This document shows positions 23,419-32,514 of a stretch of 64,000 bases of DNA, piece by piece. The position numbers were made by a program, and so were the translations under genes. Location of the stretch: contig JAUIIV010000004.1 in the NCBI GenBank assembly GCA_030431675.1, positions 31,409 through 95,408 on the forward strand, given 5' to 3'. Every line of letters begins with the position of its first letter. Position 1 is the first letter of the stretch. The notes beneath the pieces are model-generated. The model was not told the DNA's origin, did not search any database, and saw nothing but the letters and a program-made list of their open reading frames with translations. This stretch comes from Gammaproteobacteria bacterium (lineage in GTDB: Bacteria > Pseudomonadota > Gammaproteobacteria > UBA6186 > Azoamicaceae).

Positions 23419-25437
23419 CTAGTTAGGAGTTCTGCGGGGAGACTTTGGAGATGGTGGTTTAACTTCATTATTAGTGGGAGTAGGACTCTCTGAAGTCACC
23501 CCATACGTTGTCTCAGTTCGTGCAGCACTTTCTTGTGCAATGTCAATACGTGCTTGTGCTGTGCCTAAATGTGCATCCTTCCTGTCTTGATCTCTTGCAG
23601 CCACAACCTTCACTTCTACTTGATCAATATGATCTTTAATTAAAAGGGCAGCTTTTTTATACTCTCCACTTTTATATAGCTGCTGCCATTGGTTCATCAA
23701 TTGGGCCCTGGCTTGATCTATTGGTGATGCTTGATCAGAGCTAATAAGTTGCTGAATACGACTTTGTGTTGCAGGATCAAACTCTACCCCTAATCCTTGT
23801 GCCAAGAGCATTACAGAAAGCTCCAGTGCACTACTAGAATTTTCATTTGACACTACTGCCACTGTATGCCCTGACTTACGTGCTGCTGCAGCTGATACCT
23901 CTGCTTGTGTACGTAATGCCCTTAATCTATCATCACTGCCTAGTGCAGATAAGTCTGCTTTAATATCTATATCTTTAAAATCTGACGAATTAGGCTTCTT
24001 AGTAACATGAACCTCAATCAATCCTGCGAGCTTAACGCCCTGTTCATTGGTAAAATCAATCATTCCATTGACATGTGATGACGTCTCTGCAGTTTTACCA
24101 GCCGTTAAGCCTTTGAATAATAATTGTTTCTCTGCATCATCACGCTCATAATGTTGGCGATCAGCTGGCTGTTTACGTTCAGCTCCAGGTTTACTACTCT
24201 CTTCCTTTAGCCCTTCGGCCTTAGTTACAAGTGCATCGACTAAAGTTTTCGCGTCTGTAGTTACCTTCTCTTTATTTGCTTTGCCTGTAAGAGCCATATC
24301 CACTGTACTTTGTTTACCAAGCACCTTTGCCATACGCAATATATTTGCTGATTCCACAGTAAGTGGGTCAGAGCCCGGTTTAAGCGATACTACTGAAGTA
24401 TTATCATCCTGCTTCGAAGGTACAGGCGCAGTTTTACTTGGTGGCGTTGGCTCTGTGGCAGTTGGTAGTTTATTAGGCAAGGGTCTTGGTATACCTTTAG
24501 GAGGCTGACTGCCTGGAGGAGGAACTGTCCACTTGCTTAAGTCTAGTTTACTTGGTTCTGGTTTCTTTGGAGGCGGAGAAGGGAAATCGTCTGGATTTCT
24601 CCAACTTTTAGGATCCCTACCAAGATTAGGTCCTGGTGGTTTCCCTGGTGGTTGCCCTGGTGGTTGCCCTGGTGGTTGCCCTGGTGGTTTCCCTGGTGGT
24701 TGCCCTGGTGGTTTCTTGGGAACATTTGAAGGCTTCTTATCACCCACACTCGGATCAGGTTGGTTAGCATTAGGCCTTTTCCAAGTTCTTGAAGGAGTTT
24801 TTCTATCTGGGTCTTTTGCAGGATCAACTGGTGGCCATGGATACTTTTGACGAACAAGCGGCACGTTTCCTGCGGCATTAGGAGCTTTACCTGCAGATGG
24901 TTTTTTAGGGTGTGGTGGAAGTGGAGGCTTTTTTCGTCCTGCTGGTACTGTTCGCTGAGCCTGAGCCGGATCATTTGCTTTTGTTAATACGATATAAAAC
25001 TCATGTTGAAAAATAGTATCATTTAGTGTACCAAGAGAATTTCTAAAGTTATCATCAGCAGCAGGGGTTGATGGTCCACCCCATTTTTTTTCCATAGTTT
25101 CAATTGCTTGTGTTTGCCTTTTAAACTCTTTGAGAACATCTGGGACATATGGGTTGGGAATAGCCAACTTTTCGATTTCATCAATTAGTTCCGACAATAA
25201 CTTTTTGTATACTATCAAGACATCTTTATTCTCTTCTGCTTCAGAAGATGTTCCAGCTTTTGACTTTGCTACTGTAACAGCATTATTAGCTGCAGCAAGC
25301 TGTGCTCCAAAGTCATTGGTAGCTAATAATTTTATTGTTTCTTCAATACCCTTGCCTTTACAATTCTGACAAAGCCTAGAGATCCCATGCCTTATATTAC
25401 CTAAGGTATCGCCTCTTTTGAAATATCCTTCCGGCAT
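23419..25437 (-). CDS. Proline-rich ORFan (effector-like) with a PPG(Q/K) tandem repeat
   Basis: 672-codon ORF with GGAGGG 9 nt upstream of the ATG. Aa about 165-342 are more than one third proline (KKPPLPPHPKKP, YPWPPVDP, (PPGQ/PPGK)x7, DDFPSPPPKKP, WTVPPPGSQPPKGIPRPLPNKLP). The flanking domains are helical and unrecognised. Confidence 0.85.
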   Translation of the reverse strand: MPEGYFKRGDTLGNIRHGISRLCQNCKGKGIEETIKLLATNDFGAQLAAANNAVTVAKSKAGTSSEAEENKDVLIVYKKLLSELIDEIEKLAIPNPYVPDVLKEFKRQTQAIETMEKKWGGPSTPAADDNFRNSLGTLNDTIFQHEFYIVLTKANDPAQAQRTVPAGRKKPPLPPHPKKPSAGKAPNAAGNVPLVRQKYPWPPVDPAKDPDRKTPSRTWKRPNANQPDPSVGDKKPSNVPKKPPGQPPGKPPGQPPGQPPGQPPGKPPGPNLGRDPKSWRNPDDFPSPPPKKPEPSKLDLSKWTVPPPGSQPPKGIPRPLPNKLPTATEPTPPSKTAPVPSKQDDNTSVVSLKPGSDPLTVESANILRMAKVLGKQSTVDMALTGKANKEKVTTDAKTLVDALVTKAEGLKEESSKPGAERKQPADRQHYERDDAEKQLLFKGLTAGKTAETSSHVNGMIDFTNEQGVKLAGLIEVHVTKKPNSSDFKDIDIKADLSALGSDDRLRALRTQAEVSAAAARKSGHTVAVVSNENSSSALELSVMLLAQGLGVEFDPATQSRIQQLISSDQASPIDQARAQLMNQWQQLYKSGEYKKAALLIKDHIDQVEVKVVAARDQDRKDAHLGTAQARIDIAQESAARTETTYGVTSESPTPTNNEVKPPSPKSPRRTPN
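24632..24715. repeat. Seven tandem copies of a 12-nt unit (CCTGGTGGTT[GT]C) inside the proline-rich CDS
   Basis: Units are read directly at 24632, 24644, 24656, 24668, 24680, 24692 and 24704. Two variants (..TTGC / ..TTTC) encode PPGQ / PPGK on the minus strand. Confidence 0.95.
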
Positions 25438-25596
25438 TTTATTAGCCCTCCACTACACTATTATCGCTTAGACAACGACATTGCTATTTTGTTGCATTAA
25501 AAAGTGCTTGCAAGGATATTTTTTTTAATTTAGGTGCATATACGCATTAATAGATAAACTGTTTAAAATTTTGGGGCTACTGTGCTAACAAACAGA

Positions 25597-25673
25597 TGGG
25601 GTGAACGATGGGACTCGAACCCACGACAACCGGAATCACAATCCGGGGCTCTACCAACTGAGCTACGCTCACC
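25597..25673 (-). tRNA. tRNA-His (anticodon GTG)
   Basis: Reverse complement GGTGAGCGTAGCTCAGTTGGTAGAGCCCCGGATTGTGATTCCGGTTGTCGTGGGTTCGAGTCCCATCGTTCACCCCA, with the extra 5' G(-1) typical of tRNA-His and loop TTGTGAT. Confidence 0.95.
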
Positions 25674-25711
25674 ATAAAAAGACTTTAGGCAATCTACCTG
25701 TACACCAAGAT

Positions 25712-25788
25712 TGGCACGCCCGGCAGGACTCGAACCTGCTACCCCCGGCTTAGAAGGCCGGTGCTCTATCCAAATGAGCTACGGACGC
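25712..25788 (-). tRNA. tRNA-Arg (anticodon TCT)
   Basis: Reverse complement GCGTCCGTAGCTCATTTGGATAGAGCACCGGCCTTCTAAGCCGGGGGTAGCAGGTTCGAGTCCTGCCGGGCGTGCCA, with anticodon stem CCGGC/GCCGG and loop CTTCTAA. Confidence 0.93.
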
Positions 25789-25871
25789 CTGTCGAGAAGT
25801 ACTACTGTAATAAAACGGAGCATTAAGCCTTCCAATTTATCCCAGCTCTGCAGCCTACCTAGCTGTAAAGA

Positions 25872-25948
25872 TGGTCGGGGCAGAGGGATTTGAACCCCCG
25901 ACCCTCTGCTCCCAAAGCAGATGCGCTACCAGACTGCGCTATACCCCG
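25872..25948 (-). tRNA. tRNA-Pro (anticodon TGG)
   Basis: Reverse complement CGGGGTATAGCGCAGTCTGGTAGCGCATCTGCTTTGGGAGCAGAGGGTCGGGGGTTCAAATCCCTCTGCCCCGACCA, with loop TTTGGGA. Confidence 0.95.
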
Positions 25949-26043
25949 AACACTTGTGGCATGAATAATAACTACTTACTCATTTATGGTCAAGCATCTC
26001 CAAAATAAGCTAGACATCAGGTTGACTACTTACATATACTTAA

Positions 26044-26913
26044 ATGATGACAGCAAAGATTTTACATGGCGATAAGATAGCGGATAAATACCGTAAACAA
26101 ATCGCAAACGACATACGACAACGCACCAAACAGGGGTATCGTCCACCGGTGTTGGCAGTTATTTTGGTGGGTGATGATCCTGCCTCAACAATTTACGTGC
26201 GTAATAAGCGCCGCGTCTGCGAAGAAGTAGGTGTTAATTCTATCGATCATAATTTGTCGGCAAATATAAGTCAGATAGAACTTATAGCTTTGATTAATAA
26301 ACTAAACGATGATCCAGAAGTTGATGGAATTCTGGTACAGATGCCTTTACCAAAACAAATTAACCCTGATGCTATTTTAGAAGCTATAGATCCAGAAAAA
26401 GATGTTGATGGTTTTAGTCCATATAATTTAGGACGTTTGGCACAAGGTAGACCGCACCTGCGTTCTTGTACACCTGCAGGCGTTATGCTGCTACTGCAGG
26501 AGACAGCAACAAATCTTCCAGGAAAAGTAGCAACCGTAGTTGGTACATCAAATATTGTTGGCAAGCCCATGCTATTAGAGCTGTTACTTGCCGGTTGTAC
26601 TATAACCGCTTGTAACAAGCGTACAGTTGATTTAGCTAGTGCGGTAAAACGTGCTGATATACTTGTTGTCGCAGTCGGTCAGCAAAACTTAATCAAAGGA
26701 GAGTGGATAAAGCCTGGTAGTATTGTAATAGATGTGGGTATGAATAGACGGGATGATGGTACATTAACTGGAGATGTAGAGTTTGCAGCTGCTAAAGAAC
26801 GCGCAGCATGGATCACACCGGTACCGCGCGGTGTAGGGCCGATGACCATAACCTGTCTTATGAACAACGTATTATTAGCAAATATTAATCAACAACTAAA
26901 AGAAAGCGCATGA
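26044..26913 (+). CDS. folD: Bifunctional methylenetetrahydrofolate dehydrogenase / methenyl-THF cyclohydrolase
   Basis: 289 aa with motifs LAVILVGDDPAS, YVRNKRR, VDGF, GRSNIVGKP-like (GTSNIVGKP) and PVPRGVGPMT. Confidence 0.95.
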   Translation: MMTAKILHGDKIADKYRKQIANDIRQRTKQGYRPPVLAVILVGDDPASTIYVRNKRRVCEEVGVNSIDHNLSANISQIELIALINKLNDDPEVDGILVQMPLPKQINPDAILEAIDPEKDVDGFSPYNLGRLAQGRPHLRSCTPAGVMLLLQETATNLPGKVATVVGTSNIVGKPMLLELLLAGCTITACNKRTVDLASAVKRADILVVAVGQQNLIKGEWIKPGSIVIDVGMNRRDDGTLTGDVEFAAAKERAAWITPVPRGVGPMTITCLMNNVLLANINQQLKESA

Positions 26914-27812
26914 GTTTATGGTTTAATCAAATAAAATCTTTTGTAAGACCACGACGCAGCCTGCAATCATCTGCTGACGCGTTAGAAAGTTTTACGGATA
27001 TGGGAATTAAATCACGTGAGTGGTGGGGAACTTTTAATGTAGAAGCTGGGCAATCTCGATTTTGGCGTATTGGTAATGTTATTATCTGTGTAGACCGTGT
27101 AACCAATGAATGGCATATTGCTAGCACACCAGTCGGAAAAATCGACGATATGCCTGAGGGTGAAGATAGTGATGAAGCAGAAAATTTTACTATTCCGTAT
27201 GATAAATTAAGTTTTAAAACTTTTACTTTCCACACTAGGGCAGAAATAGAGCTCAAACCAGTATTGCCAGATTTACCTTTAGCATCAGCTCTAGAACGTC
27301 CTTTATACATTCCAGCAGGAGAAGACATCTTGCTATATGTAAGCTCCCCTGTATGGGTACGTGTGCAAACCGGTAAGCGTAGTAAAATCATTCTAGATGA
27401 AGTACCAACATTTGTTTTATCTGACACATGGTACGGACCAAATACGCGTGAAGGAGAAATCTGTTACGCCGGACATACACATGCATCGCCACATTTATCA
27501 GATGTACCAAGTGGCCCAGATAGAATTATTAGTCCAATGCTTATAAAAAATCGTGCTAAAAACCCATTGATGTTAGAAAAGATTGGTGTGCCGCTGCCAT
27601 ATCTATCAGTATATTCTGATAAGGAGAATTTCTTATGGACAGAGCAGCTATATCTTTTTAGTGAAGAAGATACAGGAGCAGATGTGGAGGTAGCAAAAGG
27701 ACCACCTAAGGCATTGGAGGAAATAAAGTTGTTAACTCCACCACGTCTGGATATCGCTACTACTCCAAGTATCAAGAGCTTTTTGTTAACTAATTTAACG
27801 CGGGAAGAATAA
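26910..27812 (+). CDS. Conserved-looking hypothetical protein, function unknown
   Basis: 300-codon ORF coupled to folD by an ATGA overlap and to the following channel gene by a TAATG overlap. No motif recognised. Confidence 0.7.
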   Translation: MSLWFNQIKSFVRPRRSLQSSADALESFTDMGIKSREWWGTFNVEAGQSRFWRIGNVIICVDRVTNEWHIASTPVGKIDDMPEGEDSDEAENFTIPYDKLSFKTFTFHTRAEIELKPVLPDLPLASALERPLYIPAGEDILLYVSSPVWVRVQTGKRSKIILDEVPTFVLSDTWYGPNTREGEICYAGHTHASPHLSDVPSGPDRIISPMLIKNRAKNPLMLEKIGVPLPYLSVYSDKENFLWTEQLYLFSEEDTGADVEVAKGPPKALEEIKLLTPPRLDIATTPSIKSFLLTNLTREE

Positions 27813-28780
27813 TGGCTGACCCAACTACAACAGAAACTACAACTGTAACTCCGCCTCCTCCAGAATCAGTCACAGGCGTAGAGCCTGCTGCTGTAGTGGA
27901 ACAAACAGCCGCTAATGCCCCTGCTGCTGCGGATGCAACAACCAGTGCAATTCCTGGCATGAAAGTAGCTGAAGACCTTAATAAAACTGGTACCGATATT
28001 ACTCAAGCTTTATCTGATATAACTTGGGGATCTTGGGGAACAGCTGCTTTATATGTGGTTGGGGGATTTATCATCGCGAGCTTTATAGGTTCATTATGTA
28101 ATAGAATTCTACCGCGCTACACCTCAAATCATTATACCCAAATATTCAGACGATTGTCATATTACTCAATAATAATAATCAGTTTACTGTTAGCAATTTC
28201 CACTTTGCATCTGGATATGAAAGTTTTAGGTATTGCAACTGTTTTGACCTTAGCAATTGGTTTTGCATCCAAGTCTGCGGCATCAAATATTATCTCCGGT
28301 TTGTTCTTAGTGTTTGAAAAACCTTTTGAAGTTGGTGATCACTTAGAAATTGATGGAGTATTGGGTGAATTATTATCTATTGATTTGTTATCAATTAAAA
28401 TCCTAACTTATGAAAATTCTTTATTACGTATTCCGAATGAGTCTTTACTGCAAACAAACTTTATTAATTTAACCAAGTTTCCTATTCGACGTTTAGACAC
28501 TCTCTTACGTATTGATTTAAACGCAGATATGGATAAAGTACGCAAAGTGCTGTTCGATTGTGCACGTAAAAATCCTCTGGCACTAGAATCCCCTCCTCCC
28601 CAATTATTGTTTGTGGAATTTAATGAAAGTGCTATAGTTTTTAAATTTGCGGTGTGGGTAAAGCGCCAATCATTTAATGAATTAAAACATTCGTTACCAG
28701 TAGAAATTCAAAAAGACTTTTTAGCCAATGAGATCCGTTTACCGGTATCGCAAATCAAAATGACGTCGTCTCCGTTTTAA
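27812..28780 (+). CDS. Small-conductance mechanosensitive channel (MscS family) with a low-complexity N-terminal extension
   Basis: 322 aa. The pore-helix/beta-domain signature is ASNIISGLFLVFEKPFEVGDHLEIDGVLGELLSIDLLSIKILTYENSLLRIPN. The N-terminal about 50 aa are T/P/A-rich. Confidence 0.85.
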   Translation: MADPTTTETTTVTPPPPESVTGVEPAAVVEQTAANAPAAADATTSAIPGMKVAEDLNKTGTDITQALSDITWGSWGTAALYVVGGFIIASFIGSLCNRILPRYTSNHYTQIFRRLSYYSIIIISLLLAISTLHLDMKVLGIATVLTLAIGFASKSAASNIISGLFLVFEKPFEVGDHLEIDGVLGELLSIDLLSIKILTYENSLLRIPNESLLQTNFINLTKFPIRRLDTLLRIDLNADMDKVRKVLFDCARKNPLALESPPPQLLFVEFNESAIVFKFAVWVKRQSFNELKHSLPVEIQKDFLANEIRLPVSQIKMTSSPF

Positions 28781-28863
28781 GCCATTTATTATGTGTGCTC
28801 AAACCGCATGTAATTTAACTACCCAAATAGTAAATATGGCATCAAGCTAAGATTAGTTCTATA

Positions 28864-29658
28864 ATGGCTCAGATTACAGGCTCTACAATCTTTAGGTTAT
28901 GTATGCTATTCGAAGCTATTCTAGTCATTGCGATAATTACCACCGGCTTTATTGCTGGTTTAGACTATGTAATGAGTATGCGTCATCGATGGCTATTTCG
29001 CACAAAACCTAAGCTTGTAGTCATTTCTCAAACACTATTTCCAGTTATGTTGATAGTATTGGCAATACGCTCATTTTCTTTTGAGACCTTCCGTATTCCC
29101 ACCGGCTCTATGAAGCCCACTTTAGTAGAAGGCGATCTAGTGGTGGTAGACAAATATAGTCATGGATTACGTGTGCCTTTATTGGGATATAGATTAACTA
29201 ATTCTACGCCTAAGCGTGGTGATATTGCGGTATTTCGGGGAGAGGTAGAAGGTGCCAAAGCTGGAGTAATTAAAAGAGTTGTGGGTTTACCTGGAGATCA
29301 CATTAAATACCATAATCGTACTTTATATGTTAACGGCAAGCCTGCAACACAGTTAAATATCAATACTGATTTTGATAATGATAAGAAAGTTATTCGTGCT
29401 ACCGAAGATCTGGGTAATGTACAGCATGATATATTTATGGCATTAAAAAATGATCATACAAACTACCCGTTTCAAGAATTAACTGTGCCAGAAAATGCTT
29501 ATTTTGTATTAGGTGATCACCGTAGCAATAGCCAAGATAGCAGATACTGGGGTGTAGTCGCAGATCAAAAGATCATTGGCAAAGCCCGCCTCATAGCTTT
29601 TAGCTTAGACTGGCCCAAGAAAAAAATACGTTGGCAAAGAATTGGTGTAGTAAAATAG
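28864..29658 (+). CDS. lepB: Signal peptidase I
   Basis: 264 aa with catalytic Ser box PTGSMKPTL, Lys box KRVVGLPGD and the GDHRSNSQDSRYWG box. Confidence 0.95.
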   Translation: MAQITGSTIFRLCMLFEAILVIAIITTGFIAGLDYVMSMRHRWLFRTKPKLVVISQTLFPVMLIVLAIRSFSFETFRIPTGSMKPTLVEGDLVVVDKYSHGLRVPLLGYRLTNSTPKRGDIAVFRGEVEGAKAGVIKRVVGLPGDHIKYHNRTLYVNGKPATQLNINTDFDNDKKVIRATEDLGNVQHDIFMALKNDHTNYPFQELTVPENAYFVLGDHRSNSQDSRYWGVVADQKIIGKARLIAFSLDWPKKKIRWQRIGVVK

Positions 29659-29664
29659 AATTAA

Positions 29665-31047
29665 CTATTCTTTACTTCCAACTTTTACCTGTGATCCACC
29701 AGCTGTATCATCAATAGTAACGCCCATGCCTTTTAGCTGATCACGAATTTTATCAGCTTCAGGCCAATTTTTTGCTTGCCTTGCCTGGTTACGCGCGGTA
29801 ATCAATTCTTGGATCTGTGAATCAAGATTATTAACATTAACGCTACCCAAAACCTGCGCTGGAGAATTTTGTAATAAACCCAAGATACCGCCCAAGTTTT
29901 GTAGTTGTGCCGCTAAAGCAGGATCTTTTGTCTTATTCACTTCACGTGCCAAATCAAATAATACCGCCAATGCCTCTGGAGTATTAAAGTCATCATCCAT
30001 GGCAGTATAAAATCTCTGCGTATATTCATTATCTGTAGCTGCTTGCGCACCTGGCGCTACATTGTGTAGTGCAGTATATAAGCGCAATAACGGCTGTTTA
30101 GCGTTTTGTACCTGCTCTAGGGTATATTCTAATGGGCTACGATAATGTCCAGATAGCACAAAATAACGCAATTCTTCTGGAGTTACTTCCTGTAGAATTT
30201 GTTGGATAGTTACAAAGTTACCACTTGATTTAGACATTTTGTCTTTATTAATTTGCAAAAATCCTACATGCATCCAATTATTAGCAAATTCTTTGCCTGA
30301 AGCAGCTGATGATTGAGCACACTCATTCTCATGATGCGGAAAAATTAAATCAAAACCGCCACCATGGATATCAAAAGTTTCACCCAATAAATCCATTGAC
30401 ATTGCTGAGCACTCCAAATGCCAACCAGGACGCCCCTCTCCCCAAGGTGACTCCCAAGACGGCTCGCCAGGTTTTGCAGCTTTCCATAATACAAAATCTA
30501 GAGGGTCATATTTTGCTTCATTCGCTTCTATACGCGCCCCAACTTGCAAGTCATCTAGACTGCGCTTGGCTAAAGAGCCATAATCCTTATAAGCTCGAAC
30601 CTTGTAGTACACATCCCCATTTGCCGCAGGATAGGCATAACCCTTATCTACTAAACGCTGAATTAAATTCAACATTTGTGGCATATACTGCGTCGCCCGT
30701 GGCTCTTCATCAGGTGTTAACAAAGACAGCGCTTCTGCATCATTATGCATTTCGTGTATAAATCGCTCAGCTAACGCTATAGGCTCTTCTTTGTTCTCAA
30801 TAGCTCTGTTTATGATTTTATCATCGATATCCGTAATATTACGCACAAAACGCACATTACTTGCACCGTACTTATGCTTCAAGTAACGAACAATCACATC
30901 AAATGCCAACATAGTGCGCGCATGTCCAATGTGACACAAGTCGTAGACAGTGATCCCACATACATAAATCCCAATCTTTTTTGGGTCAATAGGCACAAAA
31001 GTACGTTTCTGCTGGCTTTTGGTGTCATATATCATTAAGTCGGACAT
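29665..31047 (-). CDS. cysS: Cysteine--tRNA ligase
   Basis: 460 aa with the HIGH motif (CHIGHART) and KMSKS, in conserved cysS/ppiB/lpxH neighbourhood. Confidence 0.97.
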   Translation of the reverse strand: MSDLMIYDTKSQQKRTFVPIDPKKIGIYVCGITVYDLCHIGHARTMLAFDVIVRYLKHKYGASNVRFVRNITDIDDKIINRAIENKEEPIALAERFIHEMHNDAEALSLLTPDEEPRATQYMPQMLNLIQRLVDKGYAYPAANGDVYYKVRAYKDYGSLAKRSLDDLQVGARIEANEAKYDPLDFVLWKAAKPGEPSWESPWGEGRPGWHLECSAMSMDLLGETFDIHGGGFDLIFPHHENECAQSSAASGKEFANNWMHVGFLQINKDKMSKSSGNFVTIQQILQEVTPEELRYFVLSGHYRSPLEYTLEQVQNAKQPLLRLYTALHNVAPGAQAATDNEYTQRFYTAMDDDFNTPEALAVLFDLAREVNKTKDPALAAQLQNLGGILGLLQNSPAQVLGSVNVNNLDSQIQELITARNQARQAKNWPEADKIRDQLKGMGVTIDDTAGGSQVKVGSKE

Positions 31048-31179
31048 TTTATTTTCCTTGGCAAATATGGCTAATCTACAAAATCTTCGTAATAGAATAT
31101 ATCCTAACTAATAATTTGCCCAGGGACAAATATGTGCTACCCTGAAAACCTGTCTTTTGTTGTAGGAGAATGGAGTTTT

Positions 31180-31710
31180 ATGACTCAGGTAATTATGTCG
31201 ACAAACTTGGGAGATATAACCTTAGAAATCGATGAACAAGCTGCGCCAATTACCGCGGCAAATTTCTTAGACTACTGTAAAAGTGGTTTTTATGAAAACA
31301 CTGTCTTTCATAGAGTAATAGACGGTTTTATGGTCCAAGGAGGCGGCTTAACCGTTGATCTAACTCCTAAGCCAACTCAAGAACCAATTACCAATGAAGC
31401 GGACAACGGACTTAAGAATGAAATTGGCACGGTTGCCATGGCAAGAACGACTGATCCACACTCAGCTACCTGTCAGTTTTTTATCAATGTAGCTAACAAT
31501 GAGTTCCTGAATTTCCGTGATAAGACTGATCAAGGTTGGGGTTACTGTGTTTTTGGAAAAGTTACCCAAGGCATGGATATTATTGACAAAATTTCGCATG
31601 TGAATACTGTTAATCGTGGTCCATACCAAGATGTCCCTGAAGCAGATATTATTATCACCAAAGCACAAGTAGTAGCACCACAGGAAGTGAAGCAGGCTAC
31701 ATCACAGTAA
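31180..31710 (+). CDS. ppiB: Peptidyl-prolyl cis-trans isomerase B (cyclophilin type)
   Basis: Cyclophilin motifs FHRVIDGFMVQGGG, GTVAMAR and QFFINV. The start is placed at ATG 31180 (GGAG 4 nt upstream) rather than the track start 31132. Confidence 0.92.
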   Translation: MTQVIMSTNLGDITLEIDEQAAPITAANFLDYCKSGFYENTVFHRVIDGFMVQGGGLTVDLTPKPTQEPITNEADNGLKNEIGTVAMARTTDPHSATCQFFINVANNEFLNFRDKTDQGWGYCVFGKVTQGMDIIDKISHVNTVNRGPYQDVPEADIIITKAQVVAPQEVKQATSQ

Positions 31711-31713
31711 TAC

Positions 31714-32424
31714 ATGATCACGTATTTCATATCTGATCTACATCTGCATGTGAACCAACCACGGTTGACCCAGCTATTTCTAGATTTTTTGCAAGAAAAA
31801 GCTCCACATGCAGATGCATTGTATATCCTTGGAGATTTTTTTGCGTTGTGGTTAGGCGATGATGTAGAAATGCCACAGTTTCCTGAAGTATGTGCAGCAA
31901 TGCGCCAACTAGTAAGCCAGGGAGTTCCCATCTATATCATGCGTGGCAATCGCGACTTCTTATTAGGTAAACATTTTGCCAAAGCCACAAACAGCACTTT
32001 ACTACCTGATCCATATGTAATTGATTTGTATAAAAAACGGATATTGTTAACTCATGGTGATAGGCTTTGTACCTTAGATACCGGTTATCAAAAGTTTAGA
32101 AAGTTTGTACAAAACCCGCTAATCAAATGGATTTTTTTAAATATTCCAGCAAGACTGCGAACAAAGATAGGTTTATGGGTTAAATCTAAAGCAAATCGTC
32201 AAAAAGCCAACATTGATTATAATCAACCCAAATATGACGTCACTAGTACTGCTGTGACTAAATGGCGTAACAAGTACAAAGCCCCGCTCATAGTCCATGG
32301 CCACACACACAGGCCACAAATAACTCACGATCACATAGTACTTGGAGAGTGGACTCCCAAAGAGGCCATAATCTTACAAATAAGCTCAGAAGACGAGCAA
32401 CTTATTGATTTGTGCTCGCCCTAG
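31714..32424 (+). CDS. lpxH: UDP-2,3-diacylglucosamine diphosphatase
   Basis: 236 aa with the metallophosphoesterase motifs ISDLHL, GDFF, GNRD and HGHTH. Confidence 0.93.
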   Translation: MITYFISDLHLHVNQPRLTQLFLDFLQEKAPHADALYILGDFFALWLGDDVEMPQFPEVCAAMRQLVSQGVPIYIMRGNRDFLLGKHFAKATNSTLLPDPYVIDLYKKRILLTHGDRLCTLDTGYQKFRKFVQNPLIKWIFLNIPARLRTKIGLWVKSKANRQKANIDYNQPKYDVTSTAVTKWRNKYKAPLIVHGHTHRPQITHDHIVLGEWTPKEAIILQISSEDEQLIDLCSP

Positions 32425-32448
32425 GGTTAGATTTTGCGATTTTTAACA

Positions 32449-32514
32449 TTGGAAAACCAACATGACATGCAGATTATTACCTTGGAAAAACAACATGGCA
32501 TGCTATTTTTAACC
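32449..32514. repeat. Two tandem 33-bp direct repeats in the lpxH / ATPase intergenic region
   Basis: TTGGAAAACCAACATGACATGCAGATTATTACC (32449-32481) and TTGGAAAAACAACATGGCATGCTATTTTTAACC (32482-32514) match at 26 of 33 positions. A weaker third copy follows. Confidence 0.85.

Noticed and set aside
24632-24715. Possible CRISPR-like or minisatellite array
   Set aside because: The units are 12 nt with no spacers and lie in frame within a CDS, so this is a coding tandem repeat and not CRISPR. No CRISPR array or cas gene was seen anywhere in the window.
24533-24974. ORFs in alternative frames over the proline-rich repeat (GGCPGG... on plus, NHQGNHQG... on minus)
   Set aside because: They are generated by the 12-nt tandem repeat being open in several frames. 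Only the 672-aa frame is long, SD-preceded and continuous on both sides.
22399-25948. Looked for an integrase, a transposase or direct repeats that would define a genomic island at the tRNA-Leu / tRNA-His-Arg-Pro loci
   Set aside because: No integrase or transposase-like ORF, and no duplicated tRNA 3' end, was found. The only tRNA-like extra sequence (22441-22504) resembles a 5' half, not an att-type 3' duplication.
26271-27427. Minus-strand ORFs 26271-26618, 26679-26867 and 26927-27427, antisense to folD and the 300-aa gene
   Set aside because: They are embedded in well-supported plus-strand genes (folD motifs are unambiguous) and have no SD, so they are shadow ORFs. The same applies to 31542-31931 opposite ppiB/lpxH and 30309-30761 opposite cysS.
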